Assembly (NCBI GenBank): GCA_963845755.1
Contig: CAWJTV010000010.1
Coordinates: 16,266 to 80,265 of the forward strand
Reading direction: 5' to 3'
DNA length: 64,000 nt
From: an uncultured Planctomycetota bacterium
GTDB lineage: Bacteria > Planctomycetota > Planctomycetia > Isosphaerales > Isosphaeraceae
Positions within the stretch are counted from its first letter, which is position 1. Each line of letters starts with the position of its first letter. The notes beneath the pieces were generated by a model, which saw only the letters and a program-made list of their open reading frames with translations, made no database searches and was not told where the DNA came from. Both the position numbers and the translations under genes were made by a program. Of this stretch, positions 53,861 through 64,000 are shown in pieces.

Positions 53861-54991
53861 TCAGCGCGACCGATTCCCGGTCCCGGGCTTCGACGCGTCT
53901 TCTCGGAGTCGTGTTTCATAGGCCGAGCGGAGCGCCTCGTAGTGACCGCTGCGTTGCTGATACAAGCGGCGAAGCGACCGCGGGACATGTCGAGCCAGCG
54001 AGTAGGCCGTCAAGAGTGGCAGAGCAATGGTCGAATCGGTGTAACAGGTCACTGAGTCGGGAAGCTTCTCGGGATCGACCTTGCCCCAGGTCATGGCCTC
54101 GCTGGCTGTCGCGCCGGAGAGCCCACCCGTATCGGGCCGAGCGTCGGTGATCTGGAGGAAATAATCGTGACCACTCTCGCTCAGGCCGAGCACCTCCTGA
54201 ATCTGAGGCTCGGTCTGAAGAATGAAATTCTTGGGGCTGCCTCCGCCGAGGATCAGGACGCCCGATTTCCCTCCCTCTCGTTTGGCGGCGTAGACGATGG
54301 CCGCCGTCTCATTGACGTCGCGGAGCGTATCGATCTGGAGCCGGCCGCCCTGTAGGCTCAGCGCCGCGAGATTCATGCCGATCGAGCTGTCACCCGGGCT
54401 CGAGGTGAAGATTGGCACGTCGGCCTCGAACGCCGCACTCAGCAGGCTGGGTGAGGGCTGCCCGAGGGCTTGAGCGCGCCCATGGAGATACCGGCCCACT
54501 TCGTAATGGAATTCGGCGGTCCCCATCGGCCGTGCGAACGCCTCGTCCTGGATCAGCTCTCGATAGAATGAGTCGGTATCGAGCAAGGTCTTGTAGTCGA
54601 AGACGATGTCGTAGATCCGGATGACGTCATTGCGGCGCAGGGCAAGGTCATCGAGGTTGGGCCGGCTCTGGTGAAGTGGCAGGCCGAGTGCGTAGTGGGT
54701 GTCGTGATAGAGGTTGGCACCGGTCGAGACGATCCAATCCACGAAACCGGCCTTGATCAGAGGGATGAGGCAGCTCATCCCCAACCCCGCGGGCGTCAGG
54801 GCACCGGAGAGTGTCAGGCCGACCGTGCAATCCGGCTGAAGGAGCTTCTCGGTGAAGACGCGACAAAGTTCCCGCAGCCGACCCGCGTTATAGCTGGAGA
54901 AGGCGCGGTCGATCAGGTCGGCGGCCGACTCGGTTCCGGAGACTTCCGGCGGCGCAATACGATGCAGGCTGATCGTTTCCAGAAAGTCCAT
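53861..54991 (-). CDS. speY: deoxyhypusine synthase-like protein (SpeY-type homospermidine pathway)
   Basis: [49 protein letters not shown]. Confidence 0.85.
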   Translation of the reverse strand: MDFLETISLHRIAPPEVSGTESAADLIDRAFSSYNAGRLRELCRVFTEKLLQPDCTVGLTLSGALTPAGLGMSCLIPLIKAGFVDWIVSTGANLYHDTHYALGLPLHQSRPNLDDLALRRNDVIRIYDIVFDYKTLLDTDSFYRELIQDEAFARPMGTAEFHYEVGRYLHGRAQALGQPSPSLLSAAFEADVPIFTSSPGDSSIGMNLAALSLQGGRLQIDTLRDVNETAAIVYAAKREGGKSGVLILGGGSPKNFILQTEPQIQEVLGLSESGHDYFLQITDARPDTGGLSGATASEAMTWGKVDPEKLPDSVTCYTDSTIALPLLTAYSLARHVPRSLRRLYQQRSGHYEALRSAYETRLREDASKPGTGNRSR

Positions 54992-55006
54992 GCGAGTGCC
55001 CTTCTT

Positions 55007-55060
55007 CGGAAAGGCTGAATGAGAAGAGATCCAATTTATCCTTCATCCCTCAGCCTTCCG
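55007..55060. repeat. AGGCTGA/TCAGCCT hairpin element with degenerate heptamers
   Basis: CGGAAAGGCTGA...TTTATCC TTCATCC CTCAGCC TTCCG. Confidence 0.6.
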
Positions 55061-55070
55061 GGGCGAGGCC

Positions 55071-55616
55071 TCACGGCAAAAGGATCGCCGCGGCCACGAC
55101 CGTGGTCCACAACCCGTCCTTATGCCCGATGGCCGTTTGAGTGACCTCCTTGGTCTTGTAGAACACGTCGGCGATCTTCCAGATTTCGCGCTTCTCGTCC
55201 CACGAGCTGTCGGGGTTGAACTCGACGCCCAGGACGGTGGCGAGCATCTCGGCTGCGAGGTCTTCCGCATAATCCGCGGCGGTCTTGGCGGTCTGGCCAT
55301 AGGCGTGGTGTTCGGACAGGTAGCCGAAAAGGGTCCGATCGCGGGGGATGGCGACGCCGACGCTCGCGGCCACCAGCCGATTGGGCTCGGCCGTGGCGCT
55401 CTCGCTCATGACGACATGGACGATTTGACCGGGCTCGAGCTGTTTCAATCCTTCGTCGATCGAGATCTCCTTGCAGTTGGGCGGGAAGATGCTCGAGACG
55501 CGAACGAGGTTGTAGCAAGCGATCCGGGCGTCGCGAAGGGCCAGCTCGAAGCTCGTCAACTTCTCACGGTGTGTCCCAACGCCTTTCGTGAAGAACAGCT
55601 TTTTGGGTACGTACAT
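55071..55616 (-). CDS. pdaD: pyruvoyl-dependent arginine decarboxylase
   Basis: SFELALRDA, NLVRVSSIFP (Ser-Ser self-cleavage site), GYLSEHH, AEDLAAEML. Confidence 0.9.
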   Translation of the reverse strand: MYVPKKLFFTKGVGTHREKLTSFELALRDARIACYNLVRVSSIFPPNCKEISIDEGLKQLEPGQIVHVVMSESATAEPNRLVAASVGVAIPRDRTLFGYLSEHHAYGQTAKTAADYAEDLAAEMLATVLGVEFNPDSSWDEKREIWKIADVFYKTKEVTQTAIGHKDGLWTTVVAAAILLP

Positions 55617-55987
55617 CTTGGGCCTGACACCTCCTGGACCGGCCGAATCATGATCGGGCCGGGTCTTGGTCCCGCACCGGATGGTCGTTGCGTCGCCGCC
55701 GCGCGCCGCCCGAAACAGAGAGAATTATTATGGTATTCGGGCACTTCCATCAAGACCACCCCAGGATGGACGCTTTGGGGCGGTGATGAGTACGAAGGTT
55801 TCATGAAGGGCCTACTCTCGGCCGAGGGAGGGTCGGATTGTCAACAGCCAAGCTGGATTCCGAGCAAGAAACGTGACGGCTGCCGATGGACGCCGCCACG
55901 CCGTTCCAGGGAAAATCCAAAAAACTTCTGCTCGGATGGAGACGATCGCCGCCGGATCGCACTTCCTAGAGTATGGACGTCCCGAAT

Positions 55988-56618
55988 ATGGCCGAAACTG
56001 ATGAAATCACCGATCTGCTGCGCCGCGCTGCGGCTGGCGAGGAGGAACCCCTGCGCGAGCTGTTCTCCCGGCACCGCGACCGGCTCAAGCGGATGGTACA
56101 CCTGCGGCTGAGCCGCCGTCTGACCGGGCGGGTCGACGACTCCGATGTTGTCCAGGAGGCCCTTCTCGACGCGGCGCCGGCTCGACGAGTACGTTCGCCA
56201 GCCGGTGTTGCCATTCTTTCTCTGGCTGCGGCAATTGACGGCACTGAAGCTGGCGGAAGTCCACCGCCGCCACCTCGGGACCCAGCTACGCGATGCCGAT
56301 CGTGAGGTCACGCTGCACCGCGGCGGGCTGCCGCTGGCCGACTCGGTCTCGCTGGCGGCCCAGCTCCTGGGCACGCTGACCACGCCGTCGCAGGCCGTCA
56401 TCAAGGCAGAAACCCGCCTGCTCGTACAGGAGGCGCTGAATAGCATGGACCCCGTCGACCGCGAAGTGCTGGCACTGAAGCACTTCGAGCAACTGAGCAC
56501 CTCCGAGATCGCTGAGGTCCTGGGCCTCTCCAAGGCCGGCGCGGGCAGCCGTTACCTGCGGGCGATCAAGAGGTTGCGCGAGATCCTTTCGCAGATCCCA
56601 GGGTTCGAGGCGTTCTGA
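55988..56618 (+). CDS. ECF sigma-70 factor, planctomycete subfamily (frameshift ~56170)
   Basis: RDRLKRMVHLRL, DDSDVVQEA, HRRHLG...RDADREV, TTPSQ, DREVLALKHFEQLS. Confidence 0.9.
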
Positions 56619-56689
56619 TCGGATTCACGGGCTGAGGGCCTCACATCATGAACCCCGATGGCGTCGACGCCACGGGACGGAGGGTTACC

Positions 56690-59600
56690 ATGTCAACGTC
56701 GGGATCGCGCTCGGGGGTCGTGCTCGAGCTGGCCGAGGAGTTCCTCGAGCGGTACCGCCAGGGACAACGCCCCTCGTTGAAGGAGTACATCGATCGTCAT
56801 CCCTCCCTCGCTGACGAGATCCGCGAGGTTTTCCCGGCCATGGCCATGATGGAGAAGATCGCGCTGGCCGACGAATCGCTGGAGGGCGACCCTACAGGCG
56901 AGATGCGCCAACCGAAGGCACCACCGCTGGAGCAACTGGGCGACTACCGAATTCTCCGCGAGATCGGCCGGGGCGGGATGGGGGTGGTCTACGAGGCCGA
57001 GCAGGTCTCGCTCGGCCGCATCGTGGCGCTGAAGCTCCTGCCGCCGCAGATCCTCCGCGACGCCAAGCAACGGCACCGGTTCGAGCGCGAGGCGCGCTCG
57101 GCGGCGAAGTTGCACCACACCAATATCGTGCCGGTCTTCGGCGTGGGCGAGCACGAGGAGACGCCGTATTACGTCATGCAGTTCATCCAGGGATTGGGCC
57201 TGGACGAAGTGCTCGACGAGCTGAAGCGGATCAAGGCCGGCAGCGGACGGCCGGCTTCGGCCGCCAGAAGCGACGAGCTCATGGGCTCGCGGCCAGACGT
57301 CTCGGCGGTCGACATCGCGCGCTCGCTGATGACCGGCCGCTTCGACCCGGCCGGGACGGCAGCGGAAATCACCGGTCCCGTGGTGGACGCGGACGAAACG
57401 ACCTCACCAGACGCCCCGAAATCGCGACCCGACGCGCCCTCCGCACCGTCCGGCACCCGATCCGGCATCGGTCAGATCGCCGAGTCGGTGTCGTTGTCCT
57501 CCTCATCGGTTTCGCTGCTGGGCCAGAGTCAGAATGCCGATCGGCGCGGTTCGCGGTCGAAGACGTCGACCTACTGGCGAGGCGTGGCGCGGATCGGCGT
57601 GCAGGTGGCCGACGCCCTCGAGTACGCCCACCAGCAGGGGATCATCCACCGGGACATCAAGCCGTCGAACCTGCTGCTGGACACGCGCGGCACCGTCTGG
57701 GTGGCCGACTTCGGGTTGGCCAAGGCCAGCGACCAGCCCAACCTCACCCACACCGGCGACATCCTGGGCACGCTGCGGTACATGCCGCCGGAGGCGTTCG
57801 AGGGGAGGTCCGACGCGAGAGGGGACGTCTACTCTCTGGGGTTGACGCTCTATGAGCTACTGGCGTTCCGGCCGGCCTTCGGCGAAAAGGAGCGCGGCCG
57901 GCTGAGTGCGCCAGGTGACGACCGAGCCGGCGGAACGGCTAAGGAAGCTGAACGCGGAGGTCCCGCTCGATCTGGAAACGATCGTGCACAAGGCGATCGA
58001 GCGGGAGCCGGGGCATCGGTACGCCACGGCGGGCGAGCTGGCGGCCGACCTGCAGCGCTTCCTCGACGACGAGCCGATCCAGGCGCGGCGGACGACGCCG
58101 GCAGAGCAGCTCCGGCGCTGGTCGCGGCGCAACCCGGGGATCGCGGCGCTGAGCGGGACGCTCGCCGCCGTGCTGCTCGTGGCCACCGCCGGCTCGCTTC
58201 TGGCCGCCAGGTGGTTCGCCCAGGTGGCCCAGAGCGAGCGGAAGGCGCTGAGCCTCGTGGAATCGAAACAGGGAGAGGTCATCGCCAGTCTGAAAAAGGC
58301 GGAGGCGGCGGGGACCGAGGCACGAGCGGCCGAGAAATCAGCCCGAGCCGCCGAGGAGTCGGGCCGCAAGCTCCTGTATACGACCGACATGCAGTTGGTC
58401 CCGTTCATGTGGAAGGACCCGCAGGCCACCGTGGCCCAGATCCGCAGCCGGCTGAATGCTCACGACCCATGGCAGAATTCGAGCCTGGAGGGCAAGGAGG
58501 ATCTCCGCGGCTTCGAGTGGCACTTCCACCAGCACCTGATGGAACGCAGCGCCTTTGATTCTCTCGGGCCACGCGGCGCCTGTCCTCGCCGGTGCCTTCT
58601 TGCCGGACGGTCAACTGGCGACGCTCGATCGGAACGGCCAGCTCAGGCGCTGGGACGTGGATTTGGAGCGCGAACAGGAAGCGAGCCGTCGCGACCTGCC
58701 CGCAGGTCCCACCGCACAGGTCCTCGTCCTGTCGCCCGGCGGACAGCTCGCCGCACTCGCCGAAGGTAACAAGGTTCACGTATTCGATACCTCGACGGGC
58801 AAAGAGCGGTTCTCGACCGATTCCCCCGATGTCATCGGGATCAATGGCAATAAACCCCGTCGCCTGATCTTCGCGCGGGACGGCGACCGGCTGGTCATCG
58901 TCGACAACCGGATCCGATGGTTGAGCACTGCGAGCGGCCAGGTCATCGCCTCCCTCGATCAGGGATTCATACGTACCGAGGGCGTCGCCCTCTCGGCCGA
59001 TGGCCTGACGATGGCCGTCGTCGGTCATGGTCCCTTCGGCAACGAGTTCTCGGTCTTCCAACTGAACATGGCCACCGGGACGGTCTCCCCGTCGGCACAG
59101 GACGTTTCACAACATGGAGGGAGGTCTTCCTCCGCACTCAGTCCCGATGGCCGGCGGATCGCGATCAATACCTTGGCTACTGGAGGGTTGTACGTTTACG
59201 ACACAGCCACGGGCCGCCTGATCGCACGGAACGAGTTGGCGCACGCGTCGCCAATCTCGGGGATCGCCTACTCCGGCGACGGTCTGAAGCTGGCCACAGG
59301 TGATACCGTAGGGACGATCAAGGTCTGGGCAGATCCAGAAAAACTGAGCGCGAACAGCACGCCTCTTCGGACGCTCAAGGGCCATCAAGGGGCGATCGTT
59401 TCCGTCGGGTTTTCGAGCGATGGCAAGCGGCTCCTCTCGACGAGTGCCGACAGGACCGCCAGAGTCTGGGATATGGATAACGCTATCCCGGCGATCCGGA
59501 TGTTGGAACGATCCGGCCCGTCATTGGTGGTCCGTTATTCTCCTGATGGGCAACTCATCGCCGCCGCCGCCGGCACCAGCATTCGGCTGTGGGATGCGGG

Positions 59601-62600
59601 CACGGGGCGGCTCGTGCGGGAACTCTCGGCCGGCGGTATGGGGCGAGTCGAGGCCCTGGCCTTTTCTCCCACCGATCAACGCCTGCTCGCTGTGGGTTGT
59701 GGCGGACAGGCCGGGGTTCCTCATGTCGCGCTTTGGGATATCGACGCCGGAACGGAGCTTCCGCCGTTGTCGGGAGCGACGGAGGAGCCCAACTTCTGGG
59801 TGGGAGACGACATCGGAGCGATCGGTGCGCTGGCCTTCTCGCCCGACGGGAAATACCTGGTCGCAGGGTTCGGTTCGAGGCGCTGGACTCCATCACCTCA
59901 CGAAGATGCCAATCCGATCAGGGTCTGGGATCTCGCCACGCGCCGACTGATCCATCGCCTAAAAGGACACACGGACTACTGTCTCGCACTCGAGTTTTCG
60001 ATCGACGGAGCGCTGCTGGCCAGCGGCGGACTCGACGGGCGGGCGATCCTCTGGTTAACGGCGAACTGGAAAGCGGTGCGCGCGCTCCAGAATCCCGACA
60101 AGAATACTCAGCACTATGCAGGAGGACAGGGGATGATTGACGATCTTGCCTGCTCACCGGACGGCAAGACCCTGGCCATGGCCAGTCGCGAGGGGAACGT
60201 CCACCTGTGGGACATCGGCACCGGGAAACTTCGGGAAACGCTCCGGGGGCACTCGAGCCAGGTTCAGGCCGTCGCGTTTTCGCCGGATGGTCGCACGCTG
60301 GCGTCCGGCAGCAGCGACCAGACCCTCCGCCTCTGGAATACCGAGACACGGCGCGAGCTGATGCAGTTGGACTCCGGGAGTATCGATCTGGGTCCCATTC
60401 GAACACTCGCATTTTCCCCCGATGGCAAGCAGTTGCTGGCTGGCGGACGGAGCACCGCTTTCTGGTCCGCAAAGTCGATCGTCTGGAACGATCCCGATCG
60501 GGCCGCCGGGGAATTGCGGCTGCTGCTGCACTCGAACGCCGTCTTCCCGAGCCGCATCCGGATGTTCTCCGACAACCTCCGGCTGCACGAGGCGCTGGCC
60601 AGGCTCGACGCGAGCGATGTGCGTGTTCGGGCTGCCCTGGCCGCCACGCAGGCCCACTGGCATGCCTCGCGCAAGGAGTGGGCGGAGGCCGCCCTGGCGT
60701 TCGATCGGTTGATGGCCGCCGGTCCGACGGATCCCGGTGCCTGGCTGCGTACACCCGGGTTGCTTCGCGTCGCGACGGCGCTGCTGTATCGGGACCGTCC
60801 TGACGCCGCGGCCCGGCTGCTCGAGAGTGGGGAAAGACACCGTGCCCAGGATGGGATTCTGACCAAGGTCCTCGGGCTCTGGATCGAGGACGTGAGCGGC
60901 GCCGCCCGGGTGACCCGGCTACTGCCCGGAAGCCCCGCCTCGCGGGCGGGTCTTGTCCCGGGTGACACCCTCATGGCGGTCGGTGGCACCGTCTTGACCG
61001 ACAAATCGATTGCCCAGCTTGGCGTTCTGCTCGACGGTGAACCCGGGACGAAGGCCCGATTGCTGGTGCGACGCCACGGCCGCGACAAACCCGAGGTGAT
61101 CGAGCTGACGCGAGAGTGGTTCATCGTCGATCCGGCAACCTTCGAGCTGTTGCAGGCCCTTCGCCGGGACGTGACCGAACGGCTCGCCGACAGACCGCGC
61201 GACGTGGGTCTGCTCGAATTACGCGTCGAACTCGCCGGCCTATCGTCCCAATGGGACGCCCAGGCGACGGACTTCACGAGGGCCATCCGGGTCCTCGCGG
61301 GACAACCGGGCAAGGCGATGTCCGCGCCCTGCGTCGGCTCCATCGCCGTCGCGGCGACGCATACGTCAACCTCCAGAAGTGGTCGGAAGCCCTCGACGAT
61401 TACGCCCACGTCGTCACCCCGGAGACGACCGACATCGATCTGCTCGCGAAGCGGGCTCGCGCGCATGCGGCGCTCGAGCACTGGGATGCCGCCGCGACCG
61501 ATTTCCGGAGGGCGCTCGAACTGGACCCGGAGAACTTGTCGGTCGCCGCGGACCGGGCGCACATGCTCTGGGAGAAGTACGAGAGTGAGAAACCCGTCGG
61601 ATGGGCGGTCCTCAAACCGACGGAGATGAAGTCGGACGCCGGGGAGAGGCTGACGCTCCAGGACGATGGCTCCGTGTTCGTCGAGGGCCGGCGCCCGGTC
61701 AAGGATGCGTACACGCTGGATTTCGAATCCGTTACTGAGGACGTTCGAGCCATACGACTCGAAGCCCTGCGTGACGACCGTCTCCCTGGAGGTGGTCCGG
61801 GCACCCAAGGTGGTGGAGGAGAGTTCGTTCTGAGCGCGTTCCGAGCCTTTGTTTCGGATCCTTCACAGGCATCGGGACGGAGACCGCTTCGCCTCCAGTC
61901 CGCCTGTGCGACGTTCGCAACGCGTCCTGCCCTGCTCGCCCTGAAGCCGGGAGAAAGCGGCTGGAGTAACCATGAGCGACCTGGCGCGGCGCAAACGGCG
62001 TATTTCGCCGTCGCACCCGGCCAGGCGATCCCGGCCCCGCGTCGCCTTCGGATCCGGCTCGAGTTCTCTCACCTACCCGGCGACGCGGATGCCGCGACTC
62101 TGGGACGGTTCCGGCTGGCGGTCAGTCGCCATGGCGACGCATTCCTGCGCGAAAGTCGCCGACTTGCCGGCAAGAAAATGACCGATCCCTGGTCCAGGAT
62201 CGCGATGGCGTATTTCGCGATCGGTGACGAGAAGGCCCCCGACCCGCCGGTGACGGATCACCCGGAGGCGACCGTCGGCATCGTCAACGTATACGCGGCC
62301 GATGAGGATCGTCAACGGACGAAAGCCGAACTTCGCAAGCTCCTGGACCCCGGTCCGGACGATGCCTCGCTCCTTCAGAGGCTCGCATCGTATTATGAGT
62401 CGGCGGGCCTCATGCGCGAGGCGATCTGGTATCTGGCGAAGGTGCACGCCGCCAATCCGCAGGATTCGGCCCTGTTGCTGAGGCTAGCACCTCTCCAGGC
62501 GTGGTTCGGGCAGGAGGCGGAATGGGCCGAGACCTGTCGGCGAGCACTGGTATCAGCCGGCCAGGTGACGGAGCCTTTTGTGGCCGACAGGATTGCCAAG

Positions 62601-63053
62601 GTGTGTTGCCTCCTCCCTTCGGTTGACAAGCCCCGGATCGAGGGGGTGCTCGTGTTCGCTCGCAAGGCCGTGGAACTCGGCAAGGGCGGTGAGTGGCTCC
62701 CCTGGTTCCAGATGTGCCTCGGCCTGGCGGAATTCTGCGCAGGTCGATTCGCTGAGGCCGATGCGACTTTGCTGGCCGCGGCAAATGGCCATCCCGGCGT
62801 CCAATCCGTGGCCAACACGATCGCGTTCTACCGCGCCATGACCCTCTTCCGGCAGGGCAAAGAGCCCGAGGCCCGCCAGCTCGCGACCGAGGCTGCCGCC
62901 GGGATGAAGCCGCTGCCCGCGAACGAGGAAGACCCTCTGAGCGAGGGTAGCGACGTTGACGACCTGATTCTATGGCTGGCCTACAAGGAAGCCAAGGCGT
63001 TGATACGGTTCGACACCGCCCCCGCCGCCCCGACAACGAACACGGTGAAATGA
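56690..63053 (+). CDS. giant Ser/Thr kinase with TM, WD40 repeats, PDZ, TPR and a beta-sandwich domain (three frameshifts)
   Basis: GRGGMGVVY, HRDIKPSN, DFGLAK; GH...WD repeats; PGSPASRAGLVPGD PDZ; ADFRRALELDP TPR; ORFs 56648..58558, 57906..58769, 58555..61629 and 61116..63053. Confidence 0.9.
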
Positions 63054-63103
63054 CTGCGTGACCGGCGAGGAAAGCCCACGAAGGTATCTTCTCAGGACTG
63101 AAA

Positions 63104-63153
63104 GCGAGGATGACGAGGCTCGAACCCGCAACCTCTGGCGTGACAGGCCGGCG
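63104..63153 (-). repeat. duplicated 3' half of tRNA-Asp(GTC), att-like
   Basis: Minus strand CGCCGGCCTGTCACGCCAGAGGTTGCGGGTTCGAGCCTCGTCATCCTCGC; 39/41 identical to 63960-64000; no D-arm/5' half. Confidence 0.9.
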
Positions 63154-63177
63154 GGAATAATTCGATGGAAATCGGTT

Positions 63178-63537
63178 TCATGGGATTCGATCGCCCCGGT
63201 GACGTCGGATGGCCTCCTCGATCCTTCGCATGGGCTCGGGCGGGACGTGGCCGATGGCGTCGATCACGTCAGCGGAGGTGAAGCTGACGAACCAGCAACA
63301 AACAGCGGCATTCGGCTTGTCCAGCCCTGTCCGAGAGCGTCCCTGGGCCTGCCACGGCAACGGCACTTCGAATCCCGTGGGCGGCTCGGGTGTCCCGGTG
63401 ATCGCAACCCCAACGAGGGGCGCGCCCTCGGCCATCACTTCATTCGGAGTGACGACGACGACCGGCCGGAGTTTCTCCTGGCCGTGGCGAGTTAAGCGAA
63501 TACGGACGATCTGGCCATAGAAGGTCCTCGTCGACAT
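63178..63537 (-). CDS. PemK/MazF-family toxin
   Basis: GQIVRI...KLRPVVVVT...GVAITG...RTGLDKP..AVC.W...IGHVP. Confidence 0.8.
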   Translation of the reverse strand: MSTRTFYGQIVRIRLTRHGQEKLRPVVVVTPNEVMAEGAPLVGVAITGTPEPPTGFEVPLPWQAQGRSRTGLDKPNAAVCCWFVSFTSADVIDAIGHVPPEPMRRIEEAIRRHRGDRIP

Positions 63538-63566
63538 GGTTGACAACCTCCCGATCGGTGGTCTCG

Positions 63567-63827
63567 TCAGTCCTCGCTGAACCACGCTTCGGGGGGGGGT
63601 GAAGTCCGGGCCAGTTCGAGCAAGGTGGCCTGATCGGTGGCCGACCGGGAGAGATGGTCCAGCTCGAGCCGCTCAGCCGCGGATTCATCCTCCAGATTCG
63701 CGAGGAAATCCCTCAATCGATCTCCCAGCTCGCGCAGGGAACCGGCCTCGAGGGAACCGTCCGGCATCTCAGCCCGATACCGATCGCTCGGACTTGCTAT
63801 GATCGTGATGGTGAGGGGGAGGGTCAT
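63567..63827 (-). CDS. putative antitoxin
   Basis: 86 aa with acidic C-terminus ending PPPEAWFSED, directly upstream of the toxin; RBS GGGAG. Confidence 0.65.
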   Translation of the reverse strand: MTLPLTITIIASPSDRYRAEMPDGSLEAGSLRELGDRLRDFLANLEDESAAERLELDHLSRSATDQATLLELARTSPPPEAWFSED

Positions 63828-63959
63828 GGACGACTCCCAGGCATTGCGCCGGTCCGGAATCGCTCCATCCTGATGCTGTGATAGGCGTGGGCGAAAAGGA
63901 GTTATGGCCCACCCGATTCCGTATCGCTCGGATTGAGGTTCGGCGAAAAATGATATTCA

Positions 63960-64000
63960 GCGAGGATGACGGGGCTCGAACCCGCAACCTCCGGCGTGAC
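63960..64000 (-). tRNA. tRNA-Asp(GTC), 3' part; truncated by the window edge
   Basis: Minus strand GTCACGCCGGAGGTTGCGGGTTCGAGCCCCGTCATCCTCGC with anticodon GTC, intact T-arm and discriminator G; CCA not encoded; 5' half not visible. Confidence 0.75.

Noticed and set aside
53861..54991. True eIF5A/EF-P hypusination system
   Set aside because: No efp or hydroxylase gene is nearby; the adjacent arginine decarboxylase favours polyamine synthesis.
63104..63153. A second functional tRNA-Asp gene
   Set aside because: The 5' acceptor strand and D-arm are missing, and the anticodon and T stems each carry a substitution.
1..64000. Numerous frameshifts as programmed recoding or mass pseudogenisation
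   Set aside because: They hit housekeeping genes (nadA, glgB, ruvA, ruvB, mutS2) and cluster genes alike, with intact motifs on both sides and no shared slippery site. Sequencing indels are the simplest explanation; read polishing would decide.

Overview
High-GC bacterial DNA, most consistent with a planctomycete of the Isosphaeraceae type. This is inferred from the ECF sigma/Ser-Thr kinase pairs, a PEP-CTERM protein, and kinases with WD40/TPR tails. Many otherwise well-conserved genes, including housekeeping nadA, glgB, mutS2, ruvA and ruvB, are split by isolated frameshifts. These are most likely uncorrected read indels, so split genes are reported as single loci with approximate junctions. 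From left to right the window holds: a phage-like remnant; a frameshifted HExxH membrane protein; a complete 2,067-bp IS (DUF6788-like ORF plus DDE transposase, 14-bp TIRs, 9-bp target duplication); a PEP-CTERM YWTD propeller; an ECF sigma plus TPR kinase; a decayed MerR/GyrI gene; an ECF41 sigma/oxidoreductase unit with its cognate promoter; a ~19-kb pfaD-pfaA-pfaBC-oleABCD polyunsaturated-hydrocarbon cluster; a zeta-like ATPase pair; a Tm-1-like pair; a three-gene two-component block; nadA with a candidate NAD+-I-like riboswitch variant; glgB; an Smr-less mutS2; a HEAT lipoprotein; a linker-histone-like protein; ruvAB; an arginine decarboxylase-DHS-like-sua5 operon; an ECF sigma plus giant WD40/PDZ/TPR kinase; and a ~0.85-kb PemK-type toxin-antitoxin islet bracketed by two copies of a tRNA-Asp 3' half. 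The most promising leads are the expanded nadA leader RNA, the H1-like tail/winged-helix protein, the single-DH-pair Pfa synthase coupled to Ole, the tRNA-Asp mini-islet, and a heptamer hairpin repeat inserted in frame into PfaA.
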